NCBI GenBank assembly: GCA_963848295.1
Contig: CAWKDB010000002.1
Coordinates: 960,001 to 1,024,000, forward strand
Origin: an uncultured delta proteobacterium
Lineage (GTDB): Bacteria > Myxococcota_A > Polyangia > Haliangiales > Haliangiaceae
Direction: 5' to 3'
DNA: 64,000 nucleotides
The notes beneath the pieces are model-generated. The model had not been told where the DNA came from. It did no database searches and saw only the letters and a program-made list of their open reading frames with translations. Numbering within the stretch: position 1 is the stretch's first letter; each line of letters begins with the position of its first letter. This document shows positions 36,435 through 47,861 of this stretch, piece by piece. Both the position numbers and the translations under genes were made by a program.

Positions 36435-38588
36435 ATGGTTACATCAATGCTCGCCCGGCGAATCATCGCCGTATCGCCGGACAAGGCGACCGCCAAGAGG
36501 CTCGCGGTTTCGCTCAAAGCTGCCGGTGGTGCGGTCGACGCGCACGCGTCCCTGGACGAGCTCGGCAAGGGCGAGCTCCAGGCCGCGCTGGTCGTCATCC
36601 ACCTCGACGGCGAGCTCGCGAACGCCCACACCGAGCTGGTCCCCCGGCTGACCGGGGATGCCCGGGTCATCGCGATCCTGCCGACGCCGAATCTGTCGAC
36701 CACGATCGACGTCATGCAGTCGTCGCCGCGGATCATCGGCGTGATGACGGTCGACCAGCTCGACAGCAACGAGCTCGCCGCGATGGCGACTCGCGTGCTC
36801 GCCGGCGACATCTTCGGCCTCGACAAGATCATCCCGTGGGGCACGCAGATCCACTCGCAGCTCGTGGGCGACTACCAAGAGAAGTCGCTGTGTATCTCGC
36901 AGATCTCCGAGTTCGCCGAGCTGATGGGTGTGCGGCGAAAGTACCGCGAGTCGATCGAGCAGTGCGTCGACGAGATGCTGATGAACGCGCTGTACGACGC
37001 GCCGATCGACGAGCAAGGCAAGCCGATCTTCGCCGACATTCCGACGCGGACGCGGATCTCGTTGCGCGTCGAGCAAAAGATCGTCGTGCAGTACGCGTGC
37101 GACGGCAAGCGCTTCGCGGTTTCGGTGCGCGATTCGTTCGGCACGCTCGAGCGCGATACGGTCCTCAAGTACGTCTATAAGTGCTTGCACGCCGATCAGC
37201 AGATCGACCGGAAGGCCGGCGGCGCGGGCCTCGGCCTGTACCTGATGGTCAACTCGGCCTCGACGCTGTACTTCGACGTGTTGCCGGGCGTCGCGACCGA
37301 AGCGGTCACCGTGTTCGATCTCGACGTCCCGAAGCTCCAGCTCGAGCGGTTCGGGTTCTTCACCGAGAAGATCGACGCCGCCGGTCGGCTCGCGAGTGGC
37401 CCATCGCGGCGCTTGCCCGCAGGCACCTCGCATCCGGTCGAGCGCCGCACGACGGTCTCGAGCGGTTCGACCCCACGCGCGCTGCTCGCCGTGCTGATCG
37501 TCGCCATCGTCGCGACCATCGGGCTGACCGGCGTGTTGCTGTGGCCGCGACTGTTCGGCGCCGCGAAGGCGCAGGTCACGATCACGACCGTGCCGAAGGG
37601 CGCGATGATCGAGATCGAGGGTCACAACGCCGGCACGACGACCGACGGCACGCTCGTCGTCGGCGATCTCGAGACCGGGCGCGCCTATCCCGTCGTCGCG
37701 AAGCTGCCCGGTTACGAGCCGAAGCAGGCGGTGGTGGAGCCGCATGCCGGCGCGAACCAGCTCACGCTCGATCTCGTGGCGACCGCCGCGACCGTCTATG
37801 TCGATTCTCAACCGACCGGTGCGTCGATCGAGATCGACGGCAAGCCTGCCGGCACGACGCCGGTGACGCTGACCACGCTGGCTCCCGGCACGTCGGTGTC
37901 GATCGTGTTCAAGAAGGCCGGCTACCACGATGCGGTGACCCACGTCGACGTCCCGGGCCCGGGCAAAGAGGTCAAGATCGTGCCGCAACTGTCGATCACC
38001 GACGACCTCGCGCGTATTCGTCTCGAGTCCGAGCCGGAGGGCGCGCAGGTCACGCAGAACGGCCAGCTGCTCGCCGCGGTGACGACCCCGTGCGAGGTGC
38101 TCGTCGAAGCCGGCAAGCAACAGCACTTCATGCTCAACCTCGCGAAGCACGTTCCTGGCTTCATCGATCTCGTCCCGTCGCGGGGCGCTGAGGTCACGAA
38201 GACCGCGACGCTCGCCGAGGGTTGGATGCTCGACGTCGAGAGCACGGTCGATGGCAAGGTCACGGTGGGCGGCGCGCCGTACTGCAGCGGCATGGCGACC
38301 CCGGCCCACTGCATCGTGACCCCTGGCAAGCACCTGGTCGAGTTCAGCGGTGCGGCCGGCGTACGGTCGAGCCGGATGGTCGTGACCGGCAAGGCCGACG
38401 TCACCGAGCGGTTCGAGTTCGGCGTCGTCGTCGCGGGCCCGGGCAAGACGCTGTCGTTCGGCGGAGGCTCCGGCGTCCGCCGCGCCGTGCTCGAGGTCGG
38501 CCAGCACAACGTGACGGTCACCGACGAGTCCGGCTCGCATGCCACCACGGTGCGAGTCACGGCCAACGCGACCGTCGTCGCGAACTGA
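36435..38588 (+). CDS. Membrane protein: receiver-like + GHKL (RsbW-like) + TM + PEGA repeats
   Basis: DEMLMNALYDAP, SVRDSFG, GAGLGLYL; one TM; PEGA repeats TVPKGAMIEIEG, SQPTGASIEIDG, SEPEGAQV. Confidence 0.8.
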   Translation: MVTSMLARRIIAVSPDKATAKRLAVSLKAAGGAVDAHASLDELGKGELQAALVVIHLDGELANAHTELVPRLTGDARVIAILPTPNLSTTIDVMQSSPRIIGVMTVDQLDSNELAAMATRVLAGDIFGLDKIIPWGTQIHSQLVGDYQEKSLCISQISEFAELMGVRRKYRESIEQCVDEMLMNALYDAPIDEQGKPIFADIPTRTRISLRVEQKIVVQYACDGKRFAVSVRDSFGTLERDTVLKYVYKCLHADQQIDRKAGGAGLGLYLMVNSASTLYFDVLPGVATEAVTVFDLDVPKLQLERFGFFTEKIDAAGRLASGPSRRLPAGTSHPVERRTTVSSGSTPRALLAVLIVAIVATIGLTGVLLWPRLFGAAKAQVTITTVPKGAMIEIEGHNAGTTTDGTLVVGDLETGRAYPVVAKLPGYEPKQAVVEPHAGANQLTLDLVATAATVYVDSQPTGASIEIDGKPAGTTPVTLTTLAPGTSVSIVFKKAGYHDAVTHVDVPGPGKEVKIVPQLSITDDLARIRLESEPEGAQVTQNGQLLAAVTTPCEVLVEAGKQQHFMLNLAKHVPGFIDLVPSRGAEVTKTATLAEGWMLDVESTVDGKVTVGGAPYCSGMATPAHCIVTPGKHLVEFSGAAGVRSSRMVVTGKADVTERFEFGVVVAGPGKTLSFGGGSGVRRAVLEVGQHNVTVTDESGSHATTVRVTANATVVAN

Positions 38589-38737
38589 CCTGGCCGGGCC
38601 TCGCCAAGCGATCGCGCCCTCGCGCAATCCGTAGGCCGCCGGAGCGGTGTGTAAGGGGAACCCCGAGCGCTAGCCCAGCCGCGCGTTCCCATCCGAAATG
38701 AGCCGGCTAGCGAGTAAGTGCGGTACAACCCGATCGG

Positions 38738-40090
38738 GTGAGCGAGGTCCATACCCAGCTCCTGACCGACGCTACGAGCGGAGAGCTCGTCCAGCGCAGC
38801 TTCCGGCTTCGCGTCACCGCCGGGCCCGACGCGGGCAAGCACCACGTGCTCGACGCCGGGACGACGATGGTCGGCACCCACACCGATAACGACCTCGTGC
38901 TGACCGACTCGACCGTGTCGCGCCATCACCTCGAGATCCGCGTGCGGCGCGATGGCATCGAGGTCCGCGATCTCGAGACCACGAACGGTACGAAGCACGG
39001 CACCGCGAAGGTCGGCCAGGTCGTGCTCACGGGTGCGGCGCGGCTGCGGCTCGGCAAGCATACCGAGCTCGATGTCGAACCGGTCGATGCCAACGTCGAG
39101 CTCGGCGATTGGACCGAACCGACGTTCGGCGACGTGATCGGCACGACCGCGGGGATGCGCAAGCTGTTCGCGCTGCTCGGCAAGGCGTCGGTGACCGATG
39201 CGACGATCCTGCTGCAAGGCGAGACCGGTACCGGCAAAGAGGCGCTCGCCGAAGCGATCCATGGGTTGAGCCAGCGCGGCCGCGGGCCCTTCGTCGTGGT
39301 CGATTGCGGCTCGATCCCGCGCGAGCTGATCGCGTCGGAGCTGTTCGGCCATACGCGCGGCAGCTTCACCGGCGCGGCGACCGACAAGCAGGGCCTGATC
39401 GAGGCCGCGAATCGCGGGACGCTGTTCCTCGACGAGATCGGCGAGCTCGCGCTCGATCTCCAACCGCAATTGCTACGCGTGCTCGATCGCCGGCAAGTGC
39501 GTCGCGTCGGCGAGACCCAACCGATCGACGTCGACATCCGCATGATCGCCGCGACGCACCGCGACCTGCGCGCGATGGTCAAGGCCGGCGAATTCCGCGA
39601 GGATCTGTACTACCGCCTCGCGGTGGTCGCGGCGACGGTGCCGCCGCTGCGCGACCGCAAGGCCGATCTGCCGGCGCTCGCCGCGCACTTCGCCGAGCGC
39701 ATGGGCCGCGGCAGCTTCGCGCAGTCGCCCCCGCTGCTCGATCAGCTCGCGCGTCATGACTGGCCGGGAAACGTCCGCGAGCTGCGCAACGTCGTCGAGC
39801 GTGCGCTGTCGCTCGGCAACGCGGCGCTCGCCGACCTCGAGCGCGAATCGGCCGAACGGATCGACGCCGCGGCGCGGCGGCCGACGCCATCGCCCGGGGC
39901 GGACGTGCTGGAGCTGCCGTTCAAGGAAGCGAAAGCCGCGCTGGTCGAAGGCTTCGAACGCGACTACCTGGTCGCGTTGCTCGCACGCCATCGCGGCAAC
40001 ATCTCGCGCGCCGCGTCCGAGGCAGGCATCGATCGCAACTACATTCATCGGCTCGTCAAGAAGTACGGGCTCGAGGTCGACCGAGGATGA
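38738..40090 (+). CDS. FHA-domain sigma54-dependent activator
   Basis: DSTVSRHH...DLETTNGT (FHA); [25 protein letters not shown]. Confidence 0.93.
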   Translation: MSEVHTQLLTDATSGELVQRSFRLRVTAGPDAGKHHVLDAGTTMVGTHTDNDLVLTDSTVSRHHLEIRVRRDGIEVRDLETTNGTKHGTAKVGQVVLTGAARLRLGKHTELDVEPVDANVELGDWTEPTFGDVIGTTAGMRKLFALLGKASVTDATILLQGETGTGKEALAEAIHGLSQRGRGPFVVVDCGSIPRELIASELFGHTRGSFTGAATDKQGLIEAANRGTLFLDEIGELALDLQPQLLRVLDRRQVRRVGETQPIDVDIRMIAATHRDLRAMVKAGEFREDLYYRLAVVAATVPPLRDRKADLPALAAHFAERMGRGSFAQSPPLLDQLARHDWPGNVRELRNVVERALSLGNAALADLERESAERIDAAARRPTPSPGADVLELPFKEAKAALVEGFERDYLVALLARHRGNISRAASEAGIDRNYIHRLVKKYGLEVDRG

Positions 40091-41223
40091 GGATCTCTAC
40101 ACTCGCCGTGCTCGCGCTGATCGCCGCGTGCTCCAGCAAGAAGCATCACGACGAGCCGACGCCGGTGCAACGCGATGCCGCGGTCGTCGTCATCACCGTC
40201 GATTGGGCCGCGTGCGACGCCGCGATCAAGCAGGCGGCGAGCGAGCCCGACCACGCGCGCATCGGGACGCTGATCGCCGGCTGCCAGGTGTGCGGCGACT
40301 GGAAGCCGCTGCTCGAGTGGAACACGCTACACGAAAACGGCGGACCGACGCGCCAAGCGATCCAGGACCGGATGCAAGCGTGCGATGCGTTCTGCGATCC
40401 GAGCACGAAGCAGCGTTTCCTCGGCACGCTCGATGCCGCGCGGGGCTCGCCGAGTCGGGCGCCGTGGCGACTGCTCGGCGAAGGCTGCCGAGAAAAGCTC
40501 AGCGCGGTGCCGGACCCGCGCTACATGTCGGCGCCGTTTCTCGCGCTCGATCGGATCGGGCGCAAGGTCACCGAGCACGGCGGCGAGAGCGCGACCGCGC
40601 TCCCCGCGATCGAGCTGACGCTGCCCGCGATCACGTTCACGTCGATCGGCGTGCAACTGCCGACCACCAAGGCCCAGGGCGGGCTCGAGTCGGTGCCGGC
40701 GATCGCGGTCACCGTGCTCGGCGATCAGATCCTCGTCGGCAAGGTCCCGCGCGCCCACCTCGGCAAAGACGGCGTGACCGTCGATCTCGGCACACCGCCT
40801 TATCCGGGCGTCGCGGCCGCGCCCAAGGACCTCGGGGCCGCGCTCGCGAAGCTCGGCGACCCGAGCTCCGGGGTCACGCTGCTCGCGCCGACCGCGACGC
40901 TCGCGCAGAGGCTCGCCGACGTGATCGCCGCCGCACCGGCAGGCACCTCGTTCGCGCTCGCCGTGATCGCACCCGATTCGCCGATCGGCTGGGCGATCCC
41001 CGCCGCGCTCGCCGTCACGCTGGTCAAGAGCGTCGGCAAGGGCGCGCCGGTCGTCGATGCCGACCATGGCGGGAGCGATGCGGTGGCGGCTGCTGGCGGG
41101 GTCACCGTGACGGTCAGCGACAAGACGACGAACGAGCAACTCGCGGCCACGCTCGATGCGCTCGCCGCCAAGCACGTCGCGAAGGTCGCGGTCGTGCGCG
41201 CTGCTCCGGGAACGAAGCGGTGA
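40087..41223 (+). CDS. Hypothetical Cys-rich lipoprotein with ExbD-like C-terminal region
   Basis: Lipobox IAAC; six further Cys; ends VTVSDKTTNEQLAATLDALAAKHVAKVAVV. Confidence 0.65.
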   Translation: MRISTLAVLALIAACSSKKHHDEPTPVQRDAAVVVITVDWAACDAAIKQAASEPDHARIGTLIAGCQVCGDWKPLLEWNTLHENGGPTRQAIQDRMQACDAFCDPSTKQRFLGTLDAARGSPSRAPWRLLGEGCREKLSAVPDPRYMSAPFLALDRIGRKVTEHGGESATALPAIELTLPAITFTSIGVQLPTTKAQGGLESVPAIAVTVLGDQILVGKVPRAHLGKDGVTVDLGTPPYPGVAAAPKDLGAALAKLGDPSSGVTLLAPTATLAQRLADVIAAAPAGTSFALAVIAPDSPIGWAIPAALAVTLVKSVGKGAPVVDADHGGSDAVAAAGGVTVTVSDKTTNEQLAATLDALAAKHVAKVAVVRAAPGTKR

Positions 41224-41230
41224 GGGTCAG

Positions 41231-41294
41231 CGAGCGTAGCGAGCGGCGGCGGCAGGTGCTGGGCGGGCTTGCGCCGCAGGCCGAGCGCAGCGAG
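41231..41294 (+). repeat. REP-like direct repeat CGAGCG(T/C)AGCGAG x2
   Basis: 41231-41243 and 41282-41294, 12/13 identical, intergenic. Confidence 0.55.
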
Positions 41295-41302
41295 GTACTG
41301 CG

Positions 41303-42985
41303 GTGACGTACGACGTCGTCGTCATCGGCGGTGGCGCGGTCGGCGCCGGCGTCGCGCGCGACGCGGCGCTACGCGGGCTCAGCGTCGCGTTGTTCGAGAA
41401 GGGCGACTACGCTTCCGGTACCTCGTCGAAGTCGAGCAAGCTCGTTCATGGCGGGCTGCGCTACCTCGAGCACGGCGAGATCCGACTCGTGTTCGAGTCG
41501 GTGTCGGAGCGCCGCGTCCAGACCACGCTCGCGCCGCACCTCGTCCGACCGTTGCCGTTCCTGATCCCGATCTACAAGGGGGTCAAGCCCGGCCTCGAGA
41601 TCATGAACGTCGGGTTGTGGATCTACGATTCGCTCGCGTTGTTCCGCTCGCCGAAGCTACACCGCACGTTTCGCGGGACGAAGGCGGCGCTCGCGTTGGA
41701 GCCGCGGCTCGAGCCCGAGGGTCTGCGCGGTGCACTCGAGTACTACGACTGCGCGACCGACGACGCGCGGCTCGTGCTCGAGAACGTGCTCGACGCGATC
41801 TCGCTGGGCGCGCACTGCCGCACGTACACCGAGGTCACGCGCCTCGATCGCCGCGCCGACGGCCGGCTCACCGGCGTGACCGTGCGCGACGTGCTGACCG
41901 GCGAGGTGACGAGTGTCGGCGCGCGCGCGGTCGTGCTCGCGGCCGGCGCGTGGACCGACGAGGCGATCAAGCGGTTCGAGCTGCCGTTCGAGCGCAACGT
42001 GCTGCGCCGGACCAAAGGCGTTCACATCGTCGTGCCGCGCGACCGCCTCCCGCTCGCCCGCGCGATCACGCTGATCTCGCCGGTCGACGGGCGCGTGATG
42101 TTCGCGATTCCCTGGCGCGAGCGCACCGTGCTCGGCACGACCGACACCGACTTCACGGGCACGGCCGACGAGGTCGCGGCCGACGCCGACGACGTCAAGT
42201 ACCTGTGCGACAGCAGCAACGGCTACTTCCCCGGCGCGAAGCTCGAGACGACCGACGTGATCGCGACGTGGGCCGGGTTGCGACCACTGATCGCGGCACC
42301 GCCGAACCGCGATCGAACCGCATCGCCATCCGGCGATGCTGCCGGCCGGGCACACGTCCCGGCCGTCGAGGAGTCCGACGTGTCGCGCGAGCACGAGGTG
42401 TTCACGAAGAACGACGGCCTCGTCGTGATCGCGGGCGGCAAGCTGACGACCTATCGCCGGATGGCGCGCCAGACCGTGAACGCGACGCTCAAGCTGTTCA
42501 CCGAGCTCGGCGAGACCGTCGACGTCAACCGGACCACGACGAAGCATCGCCCGCTTCCCGGGGCGATCAACGTCGAGCCCGCGGATCTCGAAGGCGTCGC
42601 CGCGATCGGTCGCCAGTTGATGCGCGACCACGCGCTCGATCTCGATACCGCGACCCACCTGTGCGGCGTCTACGGCGCGCGGGCACCCGAGCTCGGCGCG
42701 ATGATCGCGGCCGATCGCGCGCTTGGCGAGCGCATCGATCACGAGCTCCCGTACGTGTGGGCGGAGGTCGACTTCGCCGCGACTCGCGATCTCGCGCGCA
42801 CCGTCGACGACGTGCTCGCGCGGCGCGTCCCGCTGCTCCTGGTGTCTCGCGATCAAGGGTTGGGCGTCGCCGATCGCGTCGCCGATCGCCTCGCGGCGAT
42901 CCTCGGCTGGTCGCCGGCGATGCGCGGCAAGCTGCTCGCGGCATACGGCGCCGAAGTCGCGCTCAGTCGGCGCTGGCGGCAGTGA
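41303..42985 (+). CDS. glpD: FAD-dependent glycerol-3-phosphate dehydrogenase
   Basis: IGGGAVGAG, GTSSKSSKLVHGGLRYLE, DDARL, GTTDTD, AGLRPL, SREH, GGKLTTYR. Confidence 0.93.
   Translation: MTYDVVVIGGGAVGAGVARDAALRGLSVALFEKGDYASGTSSKSSKLVHGGLRYLEHGEIRLVFESVSERRVQTTLAPHLVRPLPFLIPIYKGVKPGLEIMNVGLWIYDSLALFRSPKLHRTFRGTKAALALEPRLEPEGLRGALEYYDCATDDARLVLENVLDAISLGAHCRTYTEVTRLDRRADGRLTGVTVRDVLTGEVTSVGARAVVLAAGAWTDEAIKRFELPFERNVLRRTKGVHIVVPRDRLPLARAITLISPVDGRVMFAIPWRERTVLGTTDTDFTGTADEVAADADDVKYLCDSSNGYFPGAKLETTDVIATWAGLRPLIAAPPNRDRTASPSGDAAGRAHVPAVEESDVSREHEVFTKNDGLVVIAGGKLTTYRRMARQTVNATLKLFTELGETVDVNRTTTKHRPLPGAINVEPADLEGVAAIGRQLMRDHALDLDTATHLCGVYGARAPELGAMIAADRALGERIDHELPYVWAEVDFAATRDLARTVDDVLARRVPLLLVSRDQGLGVADRVADRLAAILGWSPAMRGKLLAAYGAEVALSRRWRQ
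42310..42364 (-). repeat. Structured repeat module A lying in frame inside glpD
   Basis: Stems GCATCGCC/GGCGATGC and GGCCGGG/CCCGGCC; homologous to intergenic 34883-34937. Confidence 0.85.
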
Positions 42986-43458
42986 CCGCGTCGTTCATCG
43001 CGACGTTCGGGTTGTACGGCGGCACGCTCGTGATCGCGTTCGTCGCCGGCATGTTTCCGATCGTCAGCATCGAGCTGTTCCTCGCCGGCGTGACCGCGGT
43101 GCGCGGCGCGACCCCCGGCGAGCTGGTCGCGCTGGTCGCGCTCGCCGCGTTTGGCCATCAGGTCGCGAAGACGCTGTGCTACCTCGGCGGCGCGGGCGTG
43201 CTCGAGCGGCCACAGGTCGCGCGCCGGATCGCGAAGATCCAGCCGACGCTCGATCGCTGGAACAAGTATCCGAAGCTCGTGATGGCGCTCTCGGCGACGA
43301 TCGGCTTACCGCCGTTGTGGGTACTCGCGTTCGTCGCGCGACCGCTCATGCACATGCGGTTCGGCACGTTCACCGCGATCTGCCTGACCTGCCGGATCGC
43401 ACGCTACGCGGTGATCGCGCTCGCCCCGCTCGTGCTCGGCTGGCACCCGTTCGCTTGA
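42982..43458 (+). CDS. DedA/VTT-domain membrane protein
   Basis: PIVSIELF, GHQVAKTLCYLGG, SATIGLPP, CRIARY; GTGA overlap with glpD. Confidence 0.75.
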   Translation: MTASFIATFGLYGGTLVIAFVAGMFPIVSIELFLAGVTAVRGATPGELVALVALAAFGHQVAKTLCYLGGAGVLERPQVARRIAKIQPTLDRWNKYPKLVMALSATIGLPPLWVLAFVARPLMHMRFGTFTAICLTCRIARYAVIALAPLVLGWHPFA

Positions 43459-43482
43459 CCGACGACGCGCTATGATGCGCGT

Positions 43483-44819
<1,337 letters not shown>

Positions 44820-44835
<16 letters not shown>

Positions 44836-46667
44836 GCCGCGTCCGCGAGCGGAACGGTGAACCAGAACGTCGCACCCGCTCCCGGCTCGCCGGTGACGCC
44901 GATCGCACCGCCGTGCGCGCGCACGATCTCGCTCGCGATGTAGAGCCCGAGGCCCGCGCCGCCGGCGGGGGCGCCCGGCACGCGCACGTACTTGTCGAAG
45001 ATCGCGTCTCGGTACTCCGCCGGCACCCCGGGGCCATGGTCGACGACCTCGAAGCGCAGCGCGTGGTCCGCTACGCGGGCGCGGACCGCGACCTCGCCAC
45101 CAGCTGGCCCGTAGCGGACGGCGTTGCCGACGAGGTTCGCGAGCACGAGCAGCAGGCGATCGCGGTCGACTGCGATCGCCGGCAGGCCTGGCATCAGCTC
45201 GGAGCGCAGCTCGACCTGGCGCTGCGCTGCGGTCGAGCGCTGTGCATCGAGCGCCTCGCGCACGACCACCTCCGGGTCCTCGGGCGCGATGCGCAGCTCG
45301 ATCCGGTCAGCCGAGATCCGCGACAGATCGAGCAACTCGTCGACGATCGCCTGTAGTCGATCGCACTCCTCGCGTGCCGCGAACACCAGGTCGGCCTGTT
45401 TCTCGGTGAGCTCGCCGACGGCCTTCTCGGCGAGCAGGTGCACCGCCATCCGGAGCGATGTCAGCGGCGTGCGCAACTCGTGGGCGACGGTCGCGACCAG
45501 ATCGCTGCGCAGCTCCTCGAACCGGCGCAGGCGAGTCACGTCCTGGAGCACGATCGTCGCACCGATCACGTCGCCCTCCTCGGCGTAGAGCGGCGCCGCG
45601 CGTGGCAGCAACAACACGCGGGTCCCGTCGGCCCCGACGACCTCGACCGCCTCGTCCAGTCCCTTCGGGACGTACGCGCCGTGCCCGGCGGCGACGTATT
45701 GGCGCAGCCGCTCGACCGCGCTGCGCACCGCCGGTTCCAGCGACGCGAGCGCGCCGCGCCCTGCCTCGGCGCGCACCTTGAGGATGGTCTCCGCGATGTG
45801 GTTCGCGTGGCGCAGCTCGCCATCGAGCGCGACCACGAGCACCGGATCGGGGAGGCTGTCGATCGCGGCCTGCGCGGCGAGCTGGGCCTCGAGCAGCTCG
45901 CCGAGCGAGCTCTCGCGATACTTGTGGATGCGTTCGGCCATCGTGTTGAGCTCGTGGGCGAGCTCACCGATCTCGTCGCCGCGCTCGACCCGCGCGCGAA
46001 CCGCGACATCGCCCTCGCCGAGCCGGCGCGCGGTCTGGCCAAGCACGCTGAGCGGCCGGAGGACGCGCGTCGTGATCACCGACGACAGCAACACGCCGAG
46101 CGCGAGGCCGGCGATCGACACGGCGACGAGCAGCATGTTCGACTCGTCGGCGAGGTCGCGCGCGTGGTCGCTCTTGCGGATCATCGCGTCCTGATTCATC
46201 CCGAGGATTACGTCGGCCGCGTTCTTGACCGCGAGAAAATCCGGAAGCAGTTTCGTGAAGTAGCGGTCGTCAAGCCCGACCGCCTCGGGGCTCGCCCGGA
46301 CCGCTCCGACATCGCTGCGATAGGTCGTCCAGGCGAGGTGCAGCGCGGCGGTCGCACCGCGCTCGCCGGCCTCGGTGATGTTCGCTTCCTGGGCCGCGAG
46401 CTCGGCTTCGAACTTGGGCACGTTCGCATCGACCTGGTCGAGGCCACGGCCTGCTCGCCCGATGATCGCGAACACGACACCACTGTCGATCCGCTCCGCC
46501 GCCTCCTTCATGCGCTCCGCGGCAAGCACCGAGCGATAGTTGTCCTCGAGGATGTGCCGCGATCCACGACCGAGCGCCTGGATCACTACGCTGCCGATCA
46601 CGATCGTGATGCCGAGCGCGAGCACGAGCGGCAACTGCGCGAGCACGAGCTTCGTGCGGAGCCTCAT
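44820..46667 (-). CDS. Sensor histidine kinase (four-helix periplasmic domain, HAMP, PAS; KinB-like)
   Basis: ENYRSV...NITE periplasmic helices; HAMP; IDSLPDPV (PAS); VAHELRTPLTS, NLVGNA, GAGLGL. Confidence 0.92.
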
Positions 46668-47842
46668 CCGCGCTCCTCTTCGCCGGGGGACCCGGAATCA
46701 AGCGCGACGACGTGCACGTCTAGATCATCGGCCTCGCGCAGCAAGCGCAGCGGCATCGACCGGCCGGCGAGTTGGCGCCACCACGGCTGATGCGACCGGC
46801 CGATCACGAGGTGACCGACGCCGTGCGAGCGCGCGAAGTCGATCAGCGCGTGAACCGGATCGCGAGCCCGTAGCCTGACGACCTCGGCGCCGAGCTCGCG
46901 CGCGAGCTCGATGTTCGCGAGCAGATGGCGCTGCGCCTCGGCATCGATCCGGTCCGGCGCCTCACGCGGCGTCTCGACATACACCACGAACCAATCGCCG
47001 GACAGCCGGCCAGCGAGCCGCGAGCCCTTGCGGAGCAGCAGCTCGGCGTGCGGAGGGTACGACGACATGCACACCATGACCCGACCGCGCGCATCGCGGG
47101 CCGCGCGCGCGCCGTTGGCCTCCACCGCGCCCGTGCGCGCCTTGGTCTCGCTCTGCCTCTCGAGGCTCTCCGCGACCTCGCGCAGCGCGAGCTCGCGCAG
47201 CGTGCTCAGATTACCGTCCTTGAAGAAGTGGCTCTCGGCCCAGGCCACCTTGTCGGCCGCGTAGATCTTGCCGCCACGCAGGCGTTCGATCAGATCCTCG
47301 ACCGAGAGATCGAGGTTGACGACCTGTACCGCCTCCTTGAGGAAGCGATCCGGCACGGTCTCGCGGATCGCAATGCCGGTCGTCTTCTCGACCACGTCCT
47401 TGAGCGACTCGAGGTGCTGGATGTTGAGCGCGCCGATCACGTTGATCCCGGCGGCGAGGATCTCGAGCACGTCTTGATAGCGCTTCTTGTGCTTGCTCCC
47501 CGGCGCGTTGCTGTGCGGAATCTCGTCGACGACGCACACCTCCGGCTTGCGCGCGAGGATCGCTTCGAGGTCCATCTCCTCGATCGACACGCCGCGATAC
47601 TCGATCGTGCGGCGCGGGATCAGCTCGAGGCCTTCGATCAACGCGGCGGTGTCGGCGCGGCCGTGGGTCTCGATGAAGCCGAGGACGACGTCGCTACCGC
47701 GCGCCCGTAGCGCGTGCGCCTCCTCGAGCATGCGATAGGTCTTGCCGACACCGGCCGCAAAACCGATGTAGAGCTTGAGCCCACCGCGCCGCGTGCGCTG
47801 CACCAGCTCGAGGAAGTCTTCAGGGCGCCGGCTCGCGGTCAC
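46664..47842 (-). CDS. kdpD: Stand-alone KdpD N-terminal module (KdpD + Usp domains; no TM, no kinase)
   Basis: GFAAGVGKTYRML, ETHGRADT, VDEIPHSN, NIQHLESL, LRELALRE, then Usp; ends with an ATGA overlap into the next gene. Confidence 0.93.
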   Translation of the reverse strand: MTASRRPEDFLELVQRTRRGGLKLYIGFAAGVGKTYRMLEEAHALRARGSDVVLGFIETHGRADTAALIEGLELIPRRTIEYRGVSIEEMDLEAILARKPEVCVVDEIPHSNAPGSKHKKRYQDVLEILAAGINVIGALNIQHLESLKDVVEKTTGIAIRETVPDRFLKEAVQVVNLDLSVEDLIERLRGGKIYAADKVAWAESHFFKDGNLSTLRELALREVAESLERQSETKARTGAVEANGARAARDARGRVMVCMSSYPPHAELLLRKGSRLAGRLSGDWFVVYVETPREAPDRIDAEAQRHLLANIELARELGAEVVRLRARDPVHALIDFARSHGVGHLVIGRSHQPWWRQLAGRSMPLRLLREADDLDVHVVALDSGSPGEEERG

Positions 47843-47861
47843 GTGGCCATCCTAGCGGGCT

